From NCBI GenBank assembly GCA_038919385.1, contig JBCKZH010000001.1, positions 26,192 to 90,191 on the forward strand: 64,000 nt of DNA, read 5' to 3'. Positions within the stretch are counted from its first letter, which is position 1. Each line of letters starts with the position of its first letter. Positions 11,641 through 21,096 of this stretch are shown here, in pieces. Source of the DNA: Vicinamibacterales bacterium (GTDB lineage: Bacteria > Acidobacteriota > Vicinamibacteria > Vicinamibacterales > UBA2999). The notes under the pieces were generated by a model. It was not told the origin of the DNA. It did no database searches and saw only the letters and a list, made by a program, of their open reading frames with translations. The translations under genes were made by a program, and so were the position numbers.

Positions 11641-13851
11641 ATGACCGCGACGTTGCCGCTCCACGAGATCGACGCTCTGGCCCGGGGCCTGCACGCCGAT
11701 CCGTTCGCGGTTCTCGGCCCGCACGACGTCGACGGCGGTGTCGCCATCCGCGTGTTCCGTCCCCATCTGCGGCGCGTCGAGGTCATCCCGTTTGGCCAGC
11801 CCGATGGCCTGGTGCTGACCCGCATTCATCCAGACGGCCTGTTCGAGGGCGTAGTGCCCAACCAGCGGCGCGAGGAGTTCGACTACCGCCTCCGGCTGGT
11901 ATGGCAAGACGGGTCGTCCAGCGAAGCCGATGATGCGTATCGCTACGGCCCGGTGCTCACCGACTTTGATCTGCACCTGCTCGCGGAAGGCACGCACGAT
12001 CGCGTCTACGAGCGATTGGGGGCACGGGCTATTACCCATGGCATTCGCGCCGGCGTCCACTTCGCGGTGTGGGCGCCCAACGCGCAGCGGGTCAGCGTGG
12101 TCGGCGACTTCAACGGCTGGGACGGACGCGTGCACCCGATGCGTGCCATCCGGCCGGCCGGCTACTGGGAGATCTTCCTGCCCGACCTCGGGCACGGTGA
12201 TCGCTACAAGTTCGAGGTGATCGGCGCGACCGGGCAGGCCGTGCTCAAGGCCGACCCGTGCGGCCGCCGCTTTGAGCTGCCGCCGCGGACGGCGTCGATC
12301 GTCTGGCACGACGCGCCGCACGACTGGACCGATCGCGCGTGGATGGCCGCCCGCGCCGCCCGCGACCCGTCATTGCACACGCCGATGTCGATCTACGAGG
12401 TGCATCTTGGCAGCTGGCAGCGCGCACCGGATGGCCAGCTCCTGACCTACTGCGAGATCGCCGAGCAGCTCGTCCCGTACGTCAAGCAGATGGGGTACAC
12501 CCATGTCGAATTGCTGCCGATCATGGAGCACCCGTTCACCGGGTCGTGGGGCTACCAGGTCATCGGCTTCTTCGCGCCCACCAGCCGGTTTGGCACACCC
12601 GACGACTTCAAGGCGTTGATCAATTCGTTTCATGCGGCCGGCATTGGCGTGCTGCTGGACTGGGTGCCGGGACACTTCCCCAAGGATCAGCACGGGCTCG
12701 CGCGCTTCGATGGCACGGCGCTCTACGAACATGCCGATCCGCGCCAGGGTGAGCACCAGGATTGGGGCACGCTCGTCTTCAACTATGGCCGGCACGAAGT
12801 GCGCGCGTTCCTGCTGAGCAACGCGCTGTTCTGGTTGCGCGAGTTCCACATCGACGGGCTGCGCGTGGACGCCGTGGCCTCGATGCTCTATCTCGACTAC
12901 TCGCGCGAGGCCGGCCAGTGGGTGCCCAACAAGTTCGGCGGGCGCGAGAATCTCGACGCGATCGCGTTCATCAAGCACCTCAATCAGCTGGTGCAACACG
13001 AATGTCCAGGCGCCGTGGTGTGCGCCGAGGAATCCACGTCGTGGCCGGGCGTGACGCATGCGGTGCAGGCCGACGGCCTGGGGTTCACCTGCAAGTGGAA
13101 CATGGGCTGGATGCACGACATGCTCGACTACACCAAGGAGGACCCGGTCCACCGCAAGTGGCACCACAACAAGATCACCTTTTCCCTGGTCTACGCCTAC
13201 AGCGAGCGCTTCATTCTGCCGTTCTCGCACGACGAAGTGGTGCACGGCAAGAAGTCGATGATCGACAAGATGCCCGGTGACGTGTGGCAGAAGCACGCCG
13301 GGCTGCGGGCGCTGTACGGCTACATGTACGCGCATCCGGGCAAGAAGCTGTTATTCATGGGTGGCGAGATCGGCCAATGGCGCGAGTGGAACCACGATGG
13401 GCAGTTGGATTGGGACGTGCTGGGCGATCCGCGTCACGCTGGATTGCAGCGCTGGGTGCGCGACCTCAATCGCGTCTACAAGGAGGAACCTGCGCTGTGG
13501 CAGGCCGACGACGATCCGGAGGGCTTCGCGTGGATCGATTGCGATGACGCGGAGCAGAGCGTGATCGCGTTCACAAGGAATGGCGCCGCAAGCCGCAAGC
13601 CGCAGGCCGCAAGCCCCTTGATTGCCGTCATCAACTTCACGCCCGTGCCGCGGCCTGACTACCGGCTCGGCGTGCCAGCGCCGCACGGCTACCGGGAAAT
13701 CCTCAATAGCGACGCCGGCGTGTATGGCGGCAGCAACATGGGCAATGCCGGACGTGTCGATGCGGAGGCCGTGCCCTCGCATGGGCATCCCCACTCCATT
13801 CGTCTCGTCGTCCCACCTTTGGGATTCCTGCTTTTGAAACCGAACTATTGA
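11641..13851 (+). CDS. glgB: 1,4-alpha-glucan branching enzyme
   Basis: ~736 aa with classic GH13 GlgB motifs (YEVHLGSW, GYTHVELLPIMEHP, DWVPGHF, GLRVDAVASMLY, CAEESTSWP, FILPFSHDEVVHGK). Confidence 0.96.
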   Translation: MTATLPLHEIDALARGLHADPFAVLGPHDVDGGVAIRVFRPHLRRVEVIPFGQPDGLVLTRIHPDGLFEGVVPNQRREEFDYRLRLVWQDGSSSEADDAYRYGPVLTDFDLHLLAEGTHDRVYERLGARAITHGIRAGVHFAVWAPNAQRVSVVGDFNGWDGRVHPMRAIRPAGYWEIFLPDLGHGDRYKFEVIGATGQAVLKADPCGRRFELPPRTASIVWHDAPHDWTDRAWMAARAARDPSLHTPMSIYEVHLGSWQRAPDGQLLTYCEIAEQLVPYVKQMGYTHVELLPIMEHPFTGSWGYQVIGFFAPTSRFGTPDDFKALINSFHAAGIGVLLDWVPGHFPKDQHGLARFDGTALYEHADPRQGEHQDWGTLVFNYGRHEVRAFLLSNALFWLREFHIDGLRVDAVASMLYLDYSREAGQWVPNKFGGRENLDAIAFIKHLNQLVQHECPGAVVCAEESTSWPGVTHAVQADGLGFTCKWNMGWMHDMLDYTKEDPVHRKWHHNKITFSLVYAYSERFILPFSHDEVVHGKKSMIDKMPGDVWQKHAGLRALYGYMYAHPGKKLLFMGGEIGQWREWNHDGQLDWDVLGDPRHAGLQRWVRDLNRVYKEEPALWQADDDPEGFAWIDCDDAEQSVIAFTRNGAASRKPQAASPLIAVINFTPVPRPDYRLGVPAPHGYREILNSDAGVYGGSNMGNAGRVDAEAVPSHGHPHSIRLVVPPLGFLLLKPNY
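13586..13613. repeat. Heptamer tandem repeat (CCGCAAG x4, third copy CCGCAGG) inside the glgB coding sequence
   Basis: Read directly. Encodes ...AASRKPQAAS... in a loop just before the conserved NFTPVPR segment. Confidence 0.9.
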
Positions 13852-13893
13852 ACGATGGATGATTGGGCCTGGCCCCAATCATCCGTCGTTCAA
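13848..13893 (+). terminator. 20-bp hairpin overlapping the glgB stop codon (no T-tract)
   Basis: TTGAACGATGGATGATTGGG (13848-13867) pairs with CCCAATCATCCGTCGTTCAA (13874-13893), one mismatch. Confidence 0.4.
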
Positions 13894-13951
13894 TCTCACT
13901 TACGTCTATTGTCCCACTCTCGGGCCGGCAGGGAAGTTTGTGAGCCGCGCC

Positions 13952-13991
13952 AAAAAAAACAGGGTGGGACCGGTGACCCGGTCCCACCCTG
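13952..13991 (-). terminator. Rho-independent terminator of the minus-strand TonB-dependent receptor gene
   Basis: Perfect 14-bp stem CAGGGTGGGACCGG / CCGGTCCCACCCTG (13960-13973 / 13978-13991). It is followed on the minus strand by T8 (A8 at 13952-13959), 38 nt after the stop at 14030. Confidence 0.75.
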
Positions 13992-14029
13992 TGTGGCCAC
14001 CAGTGAAGGTGGCCCGACAAGCGGTGCTG

Positions 14030-16921
14030 CTAGAAGTTGAGGCGAACGCCGAACCGCACGATGCGCGGGCTCAAGTTCGAGCCAAGCACCCTGAAGGTCG
14101 TGGCCGCCGCATTGCGCTCACGCGTGATCTCTGTGTTGCCGTTCATCACATTGAAGAGGTCCGCGATCAGCTGCACCGACCTACGGCTGCCGAACTTCAC
14201 GTTCGTCGACGCCCGCAGGTCCAGGTTCCACAGCGTCTCGAACCGGATGGTGTCGAGCGCGGGGTTGAGCAGGATGCGCACGTTGCCCTCCCGGCCGAGC
14301 GCGGCGTTACGGAAGTACGGATACGGCGTGCCCTGCTTGCCGAACAGGTTGCCGGCCAGTTCGATGTTCCACGGCATCTGATAGGCGCCGTTGGCATTGA
14401 AGTTCCAGCGTTGGTTGACAAACACGTCGCCCGATCCGCTGCCGCCGCTACGCGGCGCCCACTGACCGCCAGTGATGAGCGGGAAAAGGTCGCTGCGGGT
14501 CGGGCTCCCGGTTTCGCTGACCGGCGTGGCCATGTCGTATTGCTCCTGGGGGTTGTTCCAGGCTGCCGACACGCGCGCCATCCAGCGATTGGACATGCGC
14601 TTGTTGATCGACAGTTCGATCCCGTCGAAGGTCGTGGCGTAGTCGTCAAAGTTGGTCAGCAGTCGACCACCACCGTTGGCCGCCACCTTCGCCGCGTCAG
14701 GAATGAAGGTCGGGACGTTGTAGGCCACGCCGTCCGATGTCGTACCGGTCAGTGCCGCGCCCGGTGCCCAGTCGGCCGTCGTCAGGCCAATGAACGGGAC
14801 CATCGGATGGTTGGTCACCCGGTTTCGCGTGTAGTTGACGGAAATCCCGAGGTCGGGAATCAGTTCGCGCTCGATGCCGATGATGACCCCCATGTTCGTG
14901 GGCGCCTTGAGGCCCGGATCGATACGGTTGGCCGATGTCACCGACGTGGGATTCGCCGTGTTGAAGCCGCCGCCAGACGCGAGCAGTGGCAGGTTGACCA
15001 GCACCTCGTTGGTCTGCGCCAGGTGATCGCCATTCAGATCGGACCATGGATACTCCACCCATCCGGCCGCCGCACTCGGATTCGCGAAGCCGATAAAGGT
15101 GCCGACCGCCGAGAGCTGCCCCGCGTTGCGGCTGAAGCTCGCACGGAGGATGGTCTTGCGCGCCTCGTCAACCGCGTAGGTCATGCCGACACGCGGCGAG
15201 ATATCGCTCCAATGGAAGGGCGGCGCGTATCCCGTGAACGCGATGCCCGGCACCAGGTTCGGGAACGCCGAGTTCGCCTTGTTGGTGGCGGCCAGCGCCT
15301 CGCCCCACTGGCGGTCGTAGCGGACGCCCAGGTCGAGGGTCACCCGGCCCATGGCGATGCTGTCGCCCAGGTAGAAGTTGACGTAGGACGCCCGGTTCGT
15401 GCCGGCACCCTCGCGATAGACGCGGGCCCGGAAGTCGGTCAGCGAGTTCTCGTAGGCGACGATGCCGTTGCCAGGGTACAGCGTCTGCGCGTAGATGTCG
15501 GTGCGGCGCCAGCCCATGCCGAACTTGAAGTCATGGGAGTTCTCGCCGAACGTCCGGAAGTGGTTGCCGTCGACGTTGACGGTGTGCTGCGGACGCTGGA
15601 AGAAGTTGCCGCTGGTCGAGCCGTACGTCTGGCCGTTGAGCGGGCTGATCCCCATCTGGTCAGCGAACGACCCGATCGAGTTCAGCGTGAACCCGGTGTT
15701 GTAGTACGCGTACTTGCCGGTGACGAACAGATTGTTCGAGAAGACCCGGTTGTCCTCGATCTTCCAGAGGCCATGCAGAGGGTTGTCGGTGTAGTAGTTG
15801 CTCTGGTTCCAGCGGGCCGACGCCGGTTCGAAGAGGGCATTGCCCGGGGCGCGGCCTTCCTTGATCTTGTCGCCGTTGAAGAACAGGAAGTTCACCATGT
15901 CCCTCGACGTGGCCTGCCAGTTGATTTTGGCGTTGTACGTCTTCAGCACCGTCCTGTCGGTGCCGCGCGCGGACTGCCGGTACAATCGGATGTCCTGATC
16001 GGCGTACGATCCCCAGAAGAACAGCCGGTCCTTCAGAATCGGGCCGCCGACGTCGATACCAAACTCCGAGATCTCCTGGTTGTGGTCGGCCGTCTCCGGG
16101 GTCACGCCGCGTGCTCTGAGCTCTTCGGGCAGGTTCGTCGCCTCAAGCGAGTCCGCGGTGAAATAGCCACGAGCGGTGCCCTTCAGCTGGTTGGTGCCAC
16201 GCTTGACGACGAAGTTGAGGCCGACGCCGCCGGTGGCCTGCCTGATGTCGTTGCCGCCCGTCGAGATCTGGATCTCGTCAAAGGCGTCGTAGTCGAAGTA
16301 GGTCGGCGACGCGCCGGCGGTGGCCATGTCGGTGATCGCCACGCCGTCCAGCGTCCACACGGCGTCACCCTGACGCCCGCCCTTGGAGACGAAGGCGGCC
16401 TGCTGGCCCGTCTCGTTACCGGCGATGTTCACGCGGTCGACCGTGATGCCAGGAACGGTGCGGAGCAGCGCCCACGGGTCGCGCGAGTTCGGCACCCTGC
16501 TCAGCTCGTCCTGCGTGAAGTTGGTCGACGTGCCCATGGACTTGGTGTCGACGACCGGCGACTCGCCGCTGACCGTCACCGACTCTGCCACGGCCGCAAT
16601 GCCCAGGGTCAACGGCATGGCCACGTTCTGGCCGACTGCCACGACAACGCCGTCTCGGATCATCGACCGGAAGCCTTGAAGGACCGCCGTCACCTTGTAG
16701 GTGCCGGGCGGGACGTTCAGGAACCGATACTGACCGTCCGTCTCGGTGACGAAGGTGCGGATCGGCCCGTTGCTCTCGAGGGTCACGGTCACGCCGGGAA
16801 GGACGCCGCCCTGTTGGTCCTTCACCGATCCAGCGATGACGCCGCTCTGCACCTGCGCGAACGCGACCCCCATGGTCGCCACACACATGACCAGCACAAT
16901 GAACCACGATCGAGTCCTCAT
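14030..16921 (-). CDS. TonB-dependent receptor with N-terminal carboxypeptidase-regulatory-like domain
   Basis: Internal ATG at 16921 gives signal peptide MRTRSWFIVLVMCVATMGVAFAQ. This is followed by GSVKDQQGGVLPGVTVTL...YRFLNVPPGTYKV, a plug, a long barrel, and C-terminal RFGVRLNF. Confidence 0.9.
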   Translation of the reverse strand: MRTRSWFIVLVMCVATMGVAFAQVQSGVIAGSVKDQQGGVLPGVTVTLESNGPIRTFVTETDGQYRFLNVPPGTYKVTAVLQGFRSMIRDGVVVAVGQNVAMPLTLGIAAVAESVTVSGESPVVDTKSMGTSTNFTQDELSRVPNSRDPWALLRTVPGITVDRVNIAGNETGQQAAFVSKGGRQGDAVWTLDGVAITDMATAGASPTYFDYDAFDEIQISTGGNDIRQATGGVGLNFVVKRGTNQLKGTARGYFTADSLEATNLPEELRARGVTPETADHNQEISEFGIDVGGPILKDRLFFWGSYADQDIRLYRQSARGTDRTVLKTYNAKINWQATSRDMVNFLFFNGDKIKEGRAPGNALFEPASARWNQSNYYTDNPLHGLWKIEDNRVFSNNLFVTGKYAYYNTGFTLNSIGSFADQMGISPLNGQTYGSTSGNFFQRPQHTVNVDGNHFRTFGENSHDFKFGMGWRRTDIYAQTLYPGNGIVAYENSLTDFRARVYREGAGTNRASYVNFYLGDSIAMGRVTLDLGVRYDRQWGEALAATNKANSAFPNLVPGIAFTGYAPPFHWSDISPRVGMTYAVDEARKTILRASFSRNAGQLSAVGTFIGFANPSAAAGWVEYPWSDLNGDHLAQTNEVLVNLPLLASGGGFNTANPTSVTSANRIDPGLKAPTNMGVIIGIERELIPDLGISVNYTRNRVTNHPMVPFIGLTTADWAPGAALTGTTSDGVAYNVPTFIPDAAKVAANGGGRLLTNFDDYATTFDGIELSINKRMSNRWMARVSAAWNNPQEQYDMATPVSETGSPTRSDLFPLITGGQWAPRSGGSGSGDVFVNQRWNFNANGAYQMPWNIELAGNLFGKQGTPYPYFRNAALGREGNVRILLNPALDTIRFETLWNLDLRASTNVKFGSRRSVQLIADLFNVMNGNTEITRERNAAATTFRVLGSNLSPRIVRFGVRLNF

Positions 16922-17121
16922 ACACACCCTCCTAAATATCCGCGTCGCTCCCGGGGGGCCAGGACCGCCAAATGCGAGTCCCTTTTTATCGGCGTGTTCA
17001 GCCCAGCCAGGAGCGGTTCGCCCAGTAAATAGCAACATTTGTGCCATTCGTGACCCCTTTCAAGGGGCCGGTATTGGGCCGGAAGCTGATGTGAAATTCC
17101 GCTGGATTGGGAAAAAACCAC

Positions 17122-17145
17122 GTTTATCCAAATTTTTGGATAAAC
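17122..17145. promoter_or_regulatory. AT-rich perfect palindrome, candidate operator upstream of the receptor gene
   Basis: GTTTATCCAAA tt TTTGGATAAAC (11-bp arms). About 200 nt upstream of the start at 16921. Conspicuously AT-rich in a GC-rich genome. Confidence 0.3.
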
Positions 17146-17288
17146 AGGATCCAATGGACTGAATGATCGTTCAAGACAGGATGAACGGCGACACCGCAGC
17201 CGTCGCCGAGACTACTTTCCAGACGATGCCCGCGCGAACAGCGTGGTCGGTGATCACCGCGCGCTCTGTGGCCAATTGGTCCGTGTCA

Positions 17289-18128
17289 TCAAGCGAAGTA
17301 AGGCAGCGCCGAGATGACCGACCAGACAATGGCGACGAACGTGACGAGCAGGCACACCACGGCGACGGCGAGGTGATCGATGCGTTCGGGCTTGAGCGGA
17401 TCGAGGATCAGCGACGAGAGGTAGCCGCCGGCGAAGCCGCCGAGGTGCGCACTATTGTCGATGCCCGGTATGATCAAGCCCATCACGCCCATGATCAGCG
17501 CGTACTGCAGGCCCGCCTGGCCGACGTGGCTGCTGCCGGTGCGTTTGCCGTAATGCACCAGCGCCCCCAGCAGCCCGAAGATGGCGGCCGATGCGCCCAC
17601 GGTGACGTTGGCGCCACCGAGAAACGGGATCTGGATCGGCGAATAGAACATCGCGGTGCTCAGTCCGAAGCCCGTGATGCCAGACAGGGTGTAGATGATG
17701 ATCATCCGTCCCGGACCGTACAGGTTCGCGATCTCTGGCGCGAGCTGCCGAATCCAGAGCACGTTGAAGAAGATGTGGAGGATGCCGCCATGCAGCCATC
17801 CCGCTGTGAGGAGGGTCCACCAGCGCCCGAGTGCCACCACCGGAAGCGCACCGCTCGCGCCCAGCAGGATCAGCATCTGCGTGTTGGGTCCGAGGCCCAC
17901 CTGCATGCCGTCGCGCGACAGCACGAGCGACAGCACATAGAGGATCACCGTGCCGCCGGTGACGATCGAGACAAAGCCGAGGTCGTTGCCGAGGCTGCGC
18001 AGGGCGGGGCCAAAACCCCAAAGGCCGGGATTGCGCCGCCCGCAGTTGTAGCAGGTGCTGTCGTTGACGCCCACCAGCACGCCGCACGACGCACAGATGA
18101 CGGACCCCTCGGTTTTCCGCTTGAACAT
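17289..18128 (-). CDS. Rhomboid family intramembrane serine protease with N-terminal zinc-ribbon
   Basis: 279 aa. CASCG...CYNCG ribbon, WWTLLTAGWLHGGILHIFFN, catalytic GASAAIFG and AHLGGFAGG motifs. Confidence 0.9.
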   Translation of the reverse strand: MFKRKTEGSVICASCGVLVGVNDSTCYNCGRRNPGLWGFGPALRSLGNDLGFVSIVTGGTVILYVLSLVLSRDGMQVGLGPNTQMLILLGASGALPVVALGRWWTLLTAGWLHGGILHIFFNVLWIRQLAPEIANLYGPGRMIIIYTLSGITGFGLSTAMFYSPIQIPFLGGANVTVGASAAIFGLLGALVHYGKRTGSSHVGQAGLQYALIMGVMGLIIPGIDNSAHLGGFAGGYLSSLILDPLKPERIDHLAVAVVCLLVTFVAIVWSVISALPYFA

Positions 18129-18152
18129 TCTTAGCGAGTATAGACAACGTTG

Positions 18153-18237
18153 GCCACGGAGAACACCGAGGACTCAGAGGAGACCGATTCTTGTATTTGG
18201 AAAGACCGGTCTCTGTGTCCTCTGCGTCCTCTGTGGC
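18153..18237. repeat. Long imperfect inverted repeat built from short degenerate repeats
   Basis: GCCACGGAGAACACCGAGGACTCAGAGGAGACCG (18153-18186) versus CGGTCTCTGTGTCCTCTGCGTCCTCTGTGGC (18207-18237), with an AT-rich ~20-nt loop between. Confidence 0.8.
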
Positions 18238-18294
18238 TAGGCTTCCTTCAGCCCTCGGGTGCCGGCGACGAAGCACGCGATCCCCACCGTTGCC

Positions 18295-18420
18295 AAGGCC
18301 CTCGATGGCCACGCTGCCGGACTCGGGCGTGAGCAGGCCGAACAGCTCGCCGTTGCGAACCGACAGCGAACGGCCGTCGACCGCCACGGTCTTGCCAAAG
18401 GCTTTCCGCGCGTTGACGTC
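18295..18420 (-). pseudogene. Relic of an ABC-transporter ATP-binding protein (N-terminal fragment lacking the Walker A segment)
   Basis: The minus frame reads DVNARKAFGKTVAVDGRSLSVRNGELFGLLTPESGSVAIEGL. The expected GPNGAGKTT...L segment between FGLL and TPxSG is missing, and junk follows. Confidence 0.4.
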
Positions 18421-18445
18421 TCGTCCGCTCGAGCGGCGGGAATCG

Positions 18446-19774
18446 GTGGTCGAAGGGCTACAATTGGTCATCGGCACCGAGCTTCTCGTCATCTTCCTCC
18501 TCATCCTCGCCAACGGCATCTTCGCCATGTCGGAGATCTCCGTCGTGGCCGCGAAGAAGGTGCGCCTGCAGCAGCGGGCCGAGGATGGTGACGAGCGCGC
18601 GAAGACCGCGCTGGCGCTGGCGCATGATCCCAGCCAGTTTCTGGCCACGGTGCAGGTCGGCATCACCATGGTGGGCGTGCTGGCCGGCGCCTACGGCGGC
18701 GCCACGCTGGCCGAGGAACTGGCGGTGCCGATCGCGCAAGTGGCCGTGCTCGCGCCCTATGCCGAAGCCATTGCCCTCGGCCTGGTGGTCGCCGCTATTA
18801 CTTACTGGTCGCTGATCATTGGCGAGCTGGTGCCGAAGCGCATTGGCCTGAACAATCCCGAGGCGATTGCCTCGTGGGTGGCGCGTCCCATGATGGCGCT
18901 GTCACGCATCGGTGCCCCAGCGGTCGCGCTGGTCACGGCGTCCACCAATCTCGTGCTGCGCATCTTCGGCATCAAGGGGCAGGCCGAGCCGAACCTCACC
19001 GAAGACGAGATCAAGGCGCTGATCAGCCAGGGCGCGGAGACCGGCGCGGTCGGCGCCACCGAAGAGAACATCGTCCAGCGCGTGTTCCAGCTGGGCGACC
19101 AGCGCGTGGCCGCGATCATGACGCCGCGTCCCGACATCGAGTGGATCGATGTCGACGCCAGTGAAGAGGAACTGCGCGAGTTTCTGGCCTCCCACTCCCA
19201 CACCCAGTTCGTGGTCTGTCACGGTGGCCTCGACGAAGTGCTCGGCATCGTCCGCTCCGCCGACCTGCTGCCGATGGCGTTCCGCGGCGTGAATATCGAC
19301 CTGCGCGCATTGACGCGCGAAGCGCTGTTCGTGCCCGACTCGATGCCAGCGGTGCAGTTGCTCGAGTCGTTCCGCGGATCGCACAAGCACGTGGCGCTGG
19401 TGATGGACGAGTACGGCGCGGTCGAGGGGCTCGTGACGGTGACCGATCTGCTGACGGCGATCGTCGGTGAGCTGCCGGGGGATGCGGCCGAAGCGGTGGG
19501 CGAGTTCGTGGCGCGCGGCGATGGCTCCTGGCTGGTCGACGGCTCGGCCTCAATGGAAACGGTATCGACCCACTTCGCCCTGGAGCCGTTGCCTGAAGAG
19601 GAGACTGGTGCGTATCACACCATCGGCGGCTTCGTGATGGCGCGGCTGGGACGGGTGCCGAAGACGTCTGACCTCTTCGAGTGGGGCGGTATGAAGTTCG
19701 AAGTGATCGACATGGACGGCCGGCGCATCGACAAAGTGCTGGTCACGAAGACACGGCGGGAGGGCACGGCTTGA
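18446..19774 (+). CDS. CNNM/HlyC-CorC family membrane protein (DUF21-CBS pair-CorC_HlyC)
   Basis: The ORF 18191-19774 N-terminus is junk. The GTG at 18446 gives VVEGLQLVIGTELLVIFLLILANGIFAMSEISVV, and the rest matches the family (ATVQVGITMVGVLAG, LIIGELVPKRI, RVAAIMTPR, ALVMDEYGAVEGLVTVTDLL). Confidence 0.85.
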   Translation: MVEGLQLVIGTELLVIFLLILANGIFAMSEISVVAAKKVRLQQRAEDGDERAKTALALAHDPSQFLATVQVGITMVGVLAGAYGGATLAEELAVPIAQVAVLAPYAEAIALGLVVAAITYWSLIIGELVPKRIGLNNPEAIASWVARPMMALSRIGAPAVALVTASTNLVLRIFGIKGQAEPNLTEDEIKALISQGAETGAVGATEENIVQRVFQLGDQRVAAIMTPRPDIEWIDVDASEEELREFLASHSHTQFVVCHGGLDEVLGIVRSADLLPMAFRGVNIDLRALTREALFVPDSMPAVQLLESFRGSHKHVALVMDEYGAVEGLVTVTDLLTAIVGELPGDAAEAVGEFVARGDGSWLVDGSASMETVSTHFALEPLPEEETGAYHTIGGFVMARLGRVPKTSDLFEWGGMKFEVIDMDGRRIDKVLVTKTRREGTA

Positions 19775-19881
19775 CGGGAGGGCACTGCCGGTCGGGAGGG
19801 TGCCGCCGGCCAAGTATCATCCCGACACCTACCGGGAGGTCCATGAAATGGTTCTGACTCGCGAAGAACGTAAGCCGCGCC

Positions 19882-20352
19882 TTGCAGCACGAGATCACGA
19901 TCCTGCTGCATCTCGCCGGCCAGCTCGAACCGGCGATGCTTGACTACCGTCCCACGCCGAAGCAGCGCAGCGCGTTCGAACTGCTGCGCTACCTGTCGGC
20001 GATGGCGCCCGGGTTGCTGGAGGTCGCGGCGACCGGCACGTTCAGCCCGCCGGCGTGGACGGCGCACGAGCAGGCCGCCGCAGGGCGCGACCTGCAGCAG
20101 ACGCTGGCGGTGATTGCCGCACAGGGCGTCCGGTTCGGCCAACTCGAGGCGCGCTGGTCCGACGCCGACCTGCGCGCGGAGATCGCGCCGTGGGGTGAGA
20201 CGACGTCGCGGGGCAGTTGTCTCGTCAACTTCCTGCTGTGCGGCTACGCGGCATACCGCACGCAGTTGTTCTTGTACCTGAAGGCGTGCGGGCGCCATGA
20301 ACTCGGCACCCTCAACTTGTGGGACGGTGTCGATCTGCCGCCGAAAGCTTGA
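19882..20352 (+). CDS. Hypothetical protein, possibly DinB-like four-helix bundle
   Basis: 156-aa ORF with TTG start. The pattern LxYRPTPKQRSAFELLRYL resembles DinB_2-type proteins. Weak call. Confidence 0.45.
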   Translation: MQHEITILLHLAGQLEPAMLDYRPTPKQRSAFELLRYLSAMAPGLLEVAATGTFSPPAWTAHEQAAAGRDLQQTLAVIAAQGVRFGQLEARWSDADLRAEIAPWGETTSRGSCLVNFLLCGYAAYRTQLFLYLKACGRHELGTLNLWDGVDLPPKA

Positions 20353-20654
20353 ACCGGGAAGGCGCGGAGCAATTCGGCGCGCTGCTGCAAGGGCCAACGC
20401 CGCTCCTGGCCCTGGCGCCGATGCAGGAAGTCACCGACGGCGCGTTCTGGACGCTGGTCCATCGATACGGTGGCGCGGACGTCTACTGGACCGAGTATTT
20501 CCGAGTCCACTCCACGTCGACTCCGGAGAAGAAGATCCTCGACGCGATTGCCCGGAACACCACGGGCCGGCCCGTGGTCGCGCAGGTGATTGGCAACTTC
20601 CTCGATCACGACCAGCCGATGCCGCTGTTGCCGGCAGAGCTGACGGCGGCCTGA
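20349..20654 (+). pseudogene. tRNA-dihydrouridine synthase (Dus) N-terminal fragment, about 100 of ~330 aa
   Basis: LLALAPMQEVTDGAFWTLVHRYGGADVYWTEYFRVHS...TGRPVVAQVIGN matches the Dus N-terminus. Similarity ends near 20598 and a stop follows at 20652-20654. No C-terminal part was seen elsewhere in the window. Confidence 0.65.
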
Positions 20655-20658
20655 AGCC

Positions 20659-21096
20659 CTAGCCTCCCAGGGCTTCGATGTCGCCGAGATCTTTCGTGCG
20701 TCCGGTGGCGCGCTTGTTCTTGATGAACGCCTCGCGGCCGATGAAGTCCACGTCGATCCCGTCAAACGGCGCCCGATGCCGCGTCGGCCAGGCCTCGTCG
20801 AACGCTAATCCCGTCAGCGTCGTCAGCACGTCGATCCGCCCGGGTGGCAGACCCATCTGAAACACGATGCCCGGCCGGCTGAAGTCGGCGACGGCGATCT
20901 CGCCCATCGGCGCGCCGAAGGCCGCCAGGGCCGTCATCACGTTCGGTGCGTTCTCCGGGGTTGGATCGACCCACACATCCAGGTCACCGGTGGCCCGTGG
21001 CCGGCCATGTGCGCCGAGCGCATAGGCACCGACGATGAGAAAGCGAACGCTATGGTCGGCGAACGCTCGCAACAGATCGACAAAGTCCTGATTCAT
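20659..21096 (-). CDS. Minimal nucleotidyltransferase-fold protein (module 1)
   Basis: Internal ATG at 21096: MNQDFVDLLRAFADHSVRFLIVGAYALGAHGRPRATGDLDVWV (Pol-beta-type G-x...DxD). Paralogous to 22131-22577. Confidence 0.75.
   Translation of the reverse strand: MNQDFVDLLRAFADHSVRFLIVGAYALGAHGRPRATGDLDVWVDPTPENAPNVMTALAAFGAPMGEIAVADFSRPGIVFQMGLPPGRIDVLTTLTGLAFDEAWPTRHRAPFDGIDVDFIGREAFIKNKRATGRTKDLGDIEALGG

Noticed and set aside
13859-17032. 1057-aa plus-strand ORF, the longest in the track
   Set aside because: It is the antisense shadow of the well-supported minus-strand TonB-dependent receptor (14030-16921). Its composition is Arg/Gly/Val-rich with no recognisable motifs, typical of off-strand ORFs in high-GC DNA.
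17452-18669. 405-aa minus-strand ORF
   Set aside because: Most of it is out-of-frame overlap with the rhomboid gene and antisense to the CNNM gene start. Only a ~42-codon stretch (18295-18420) looks like real former coding sequence (ABC ATPase scrap).
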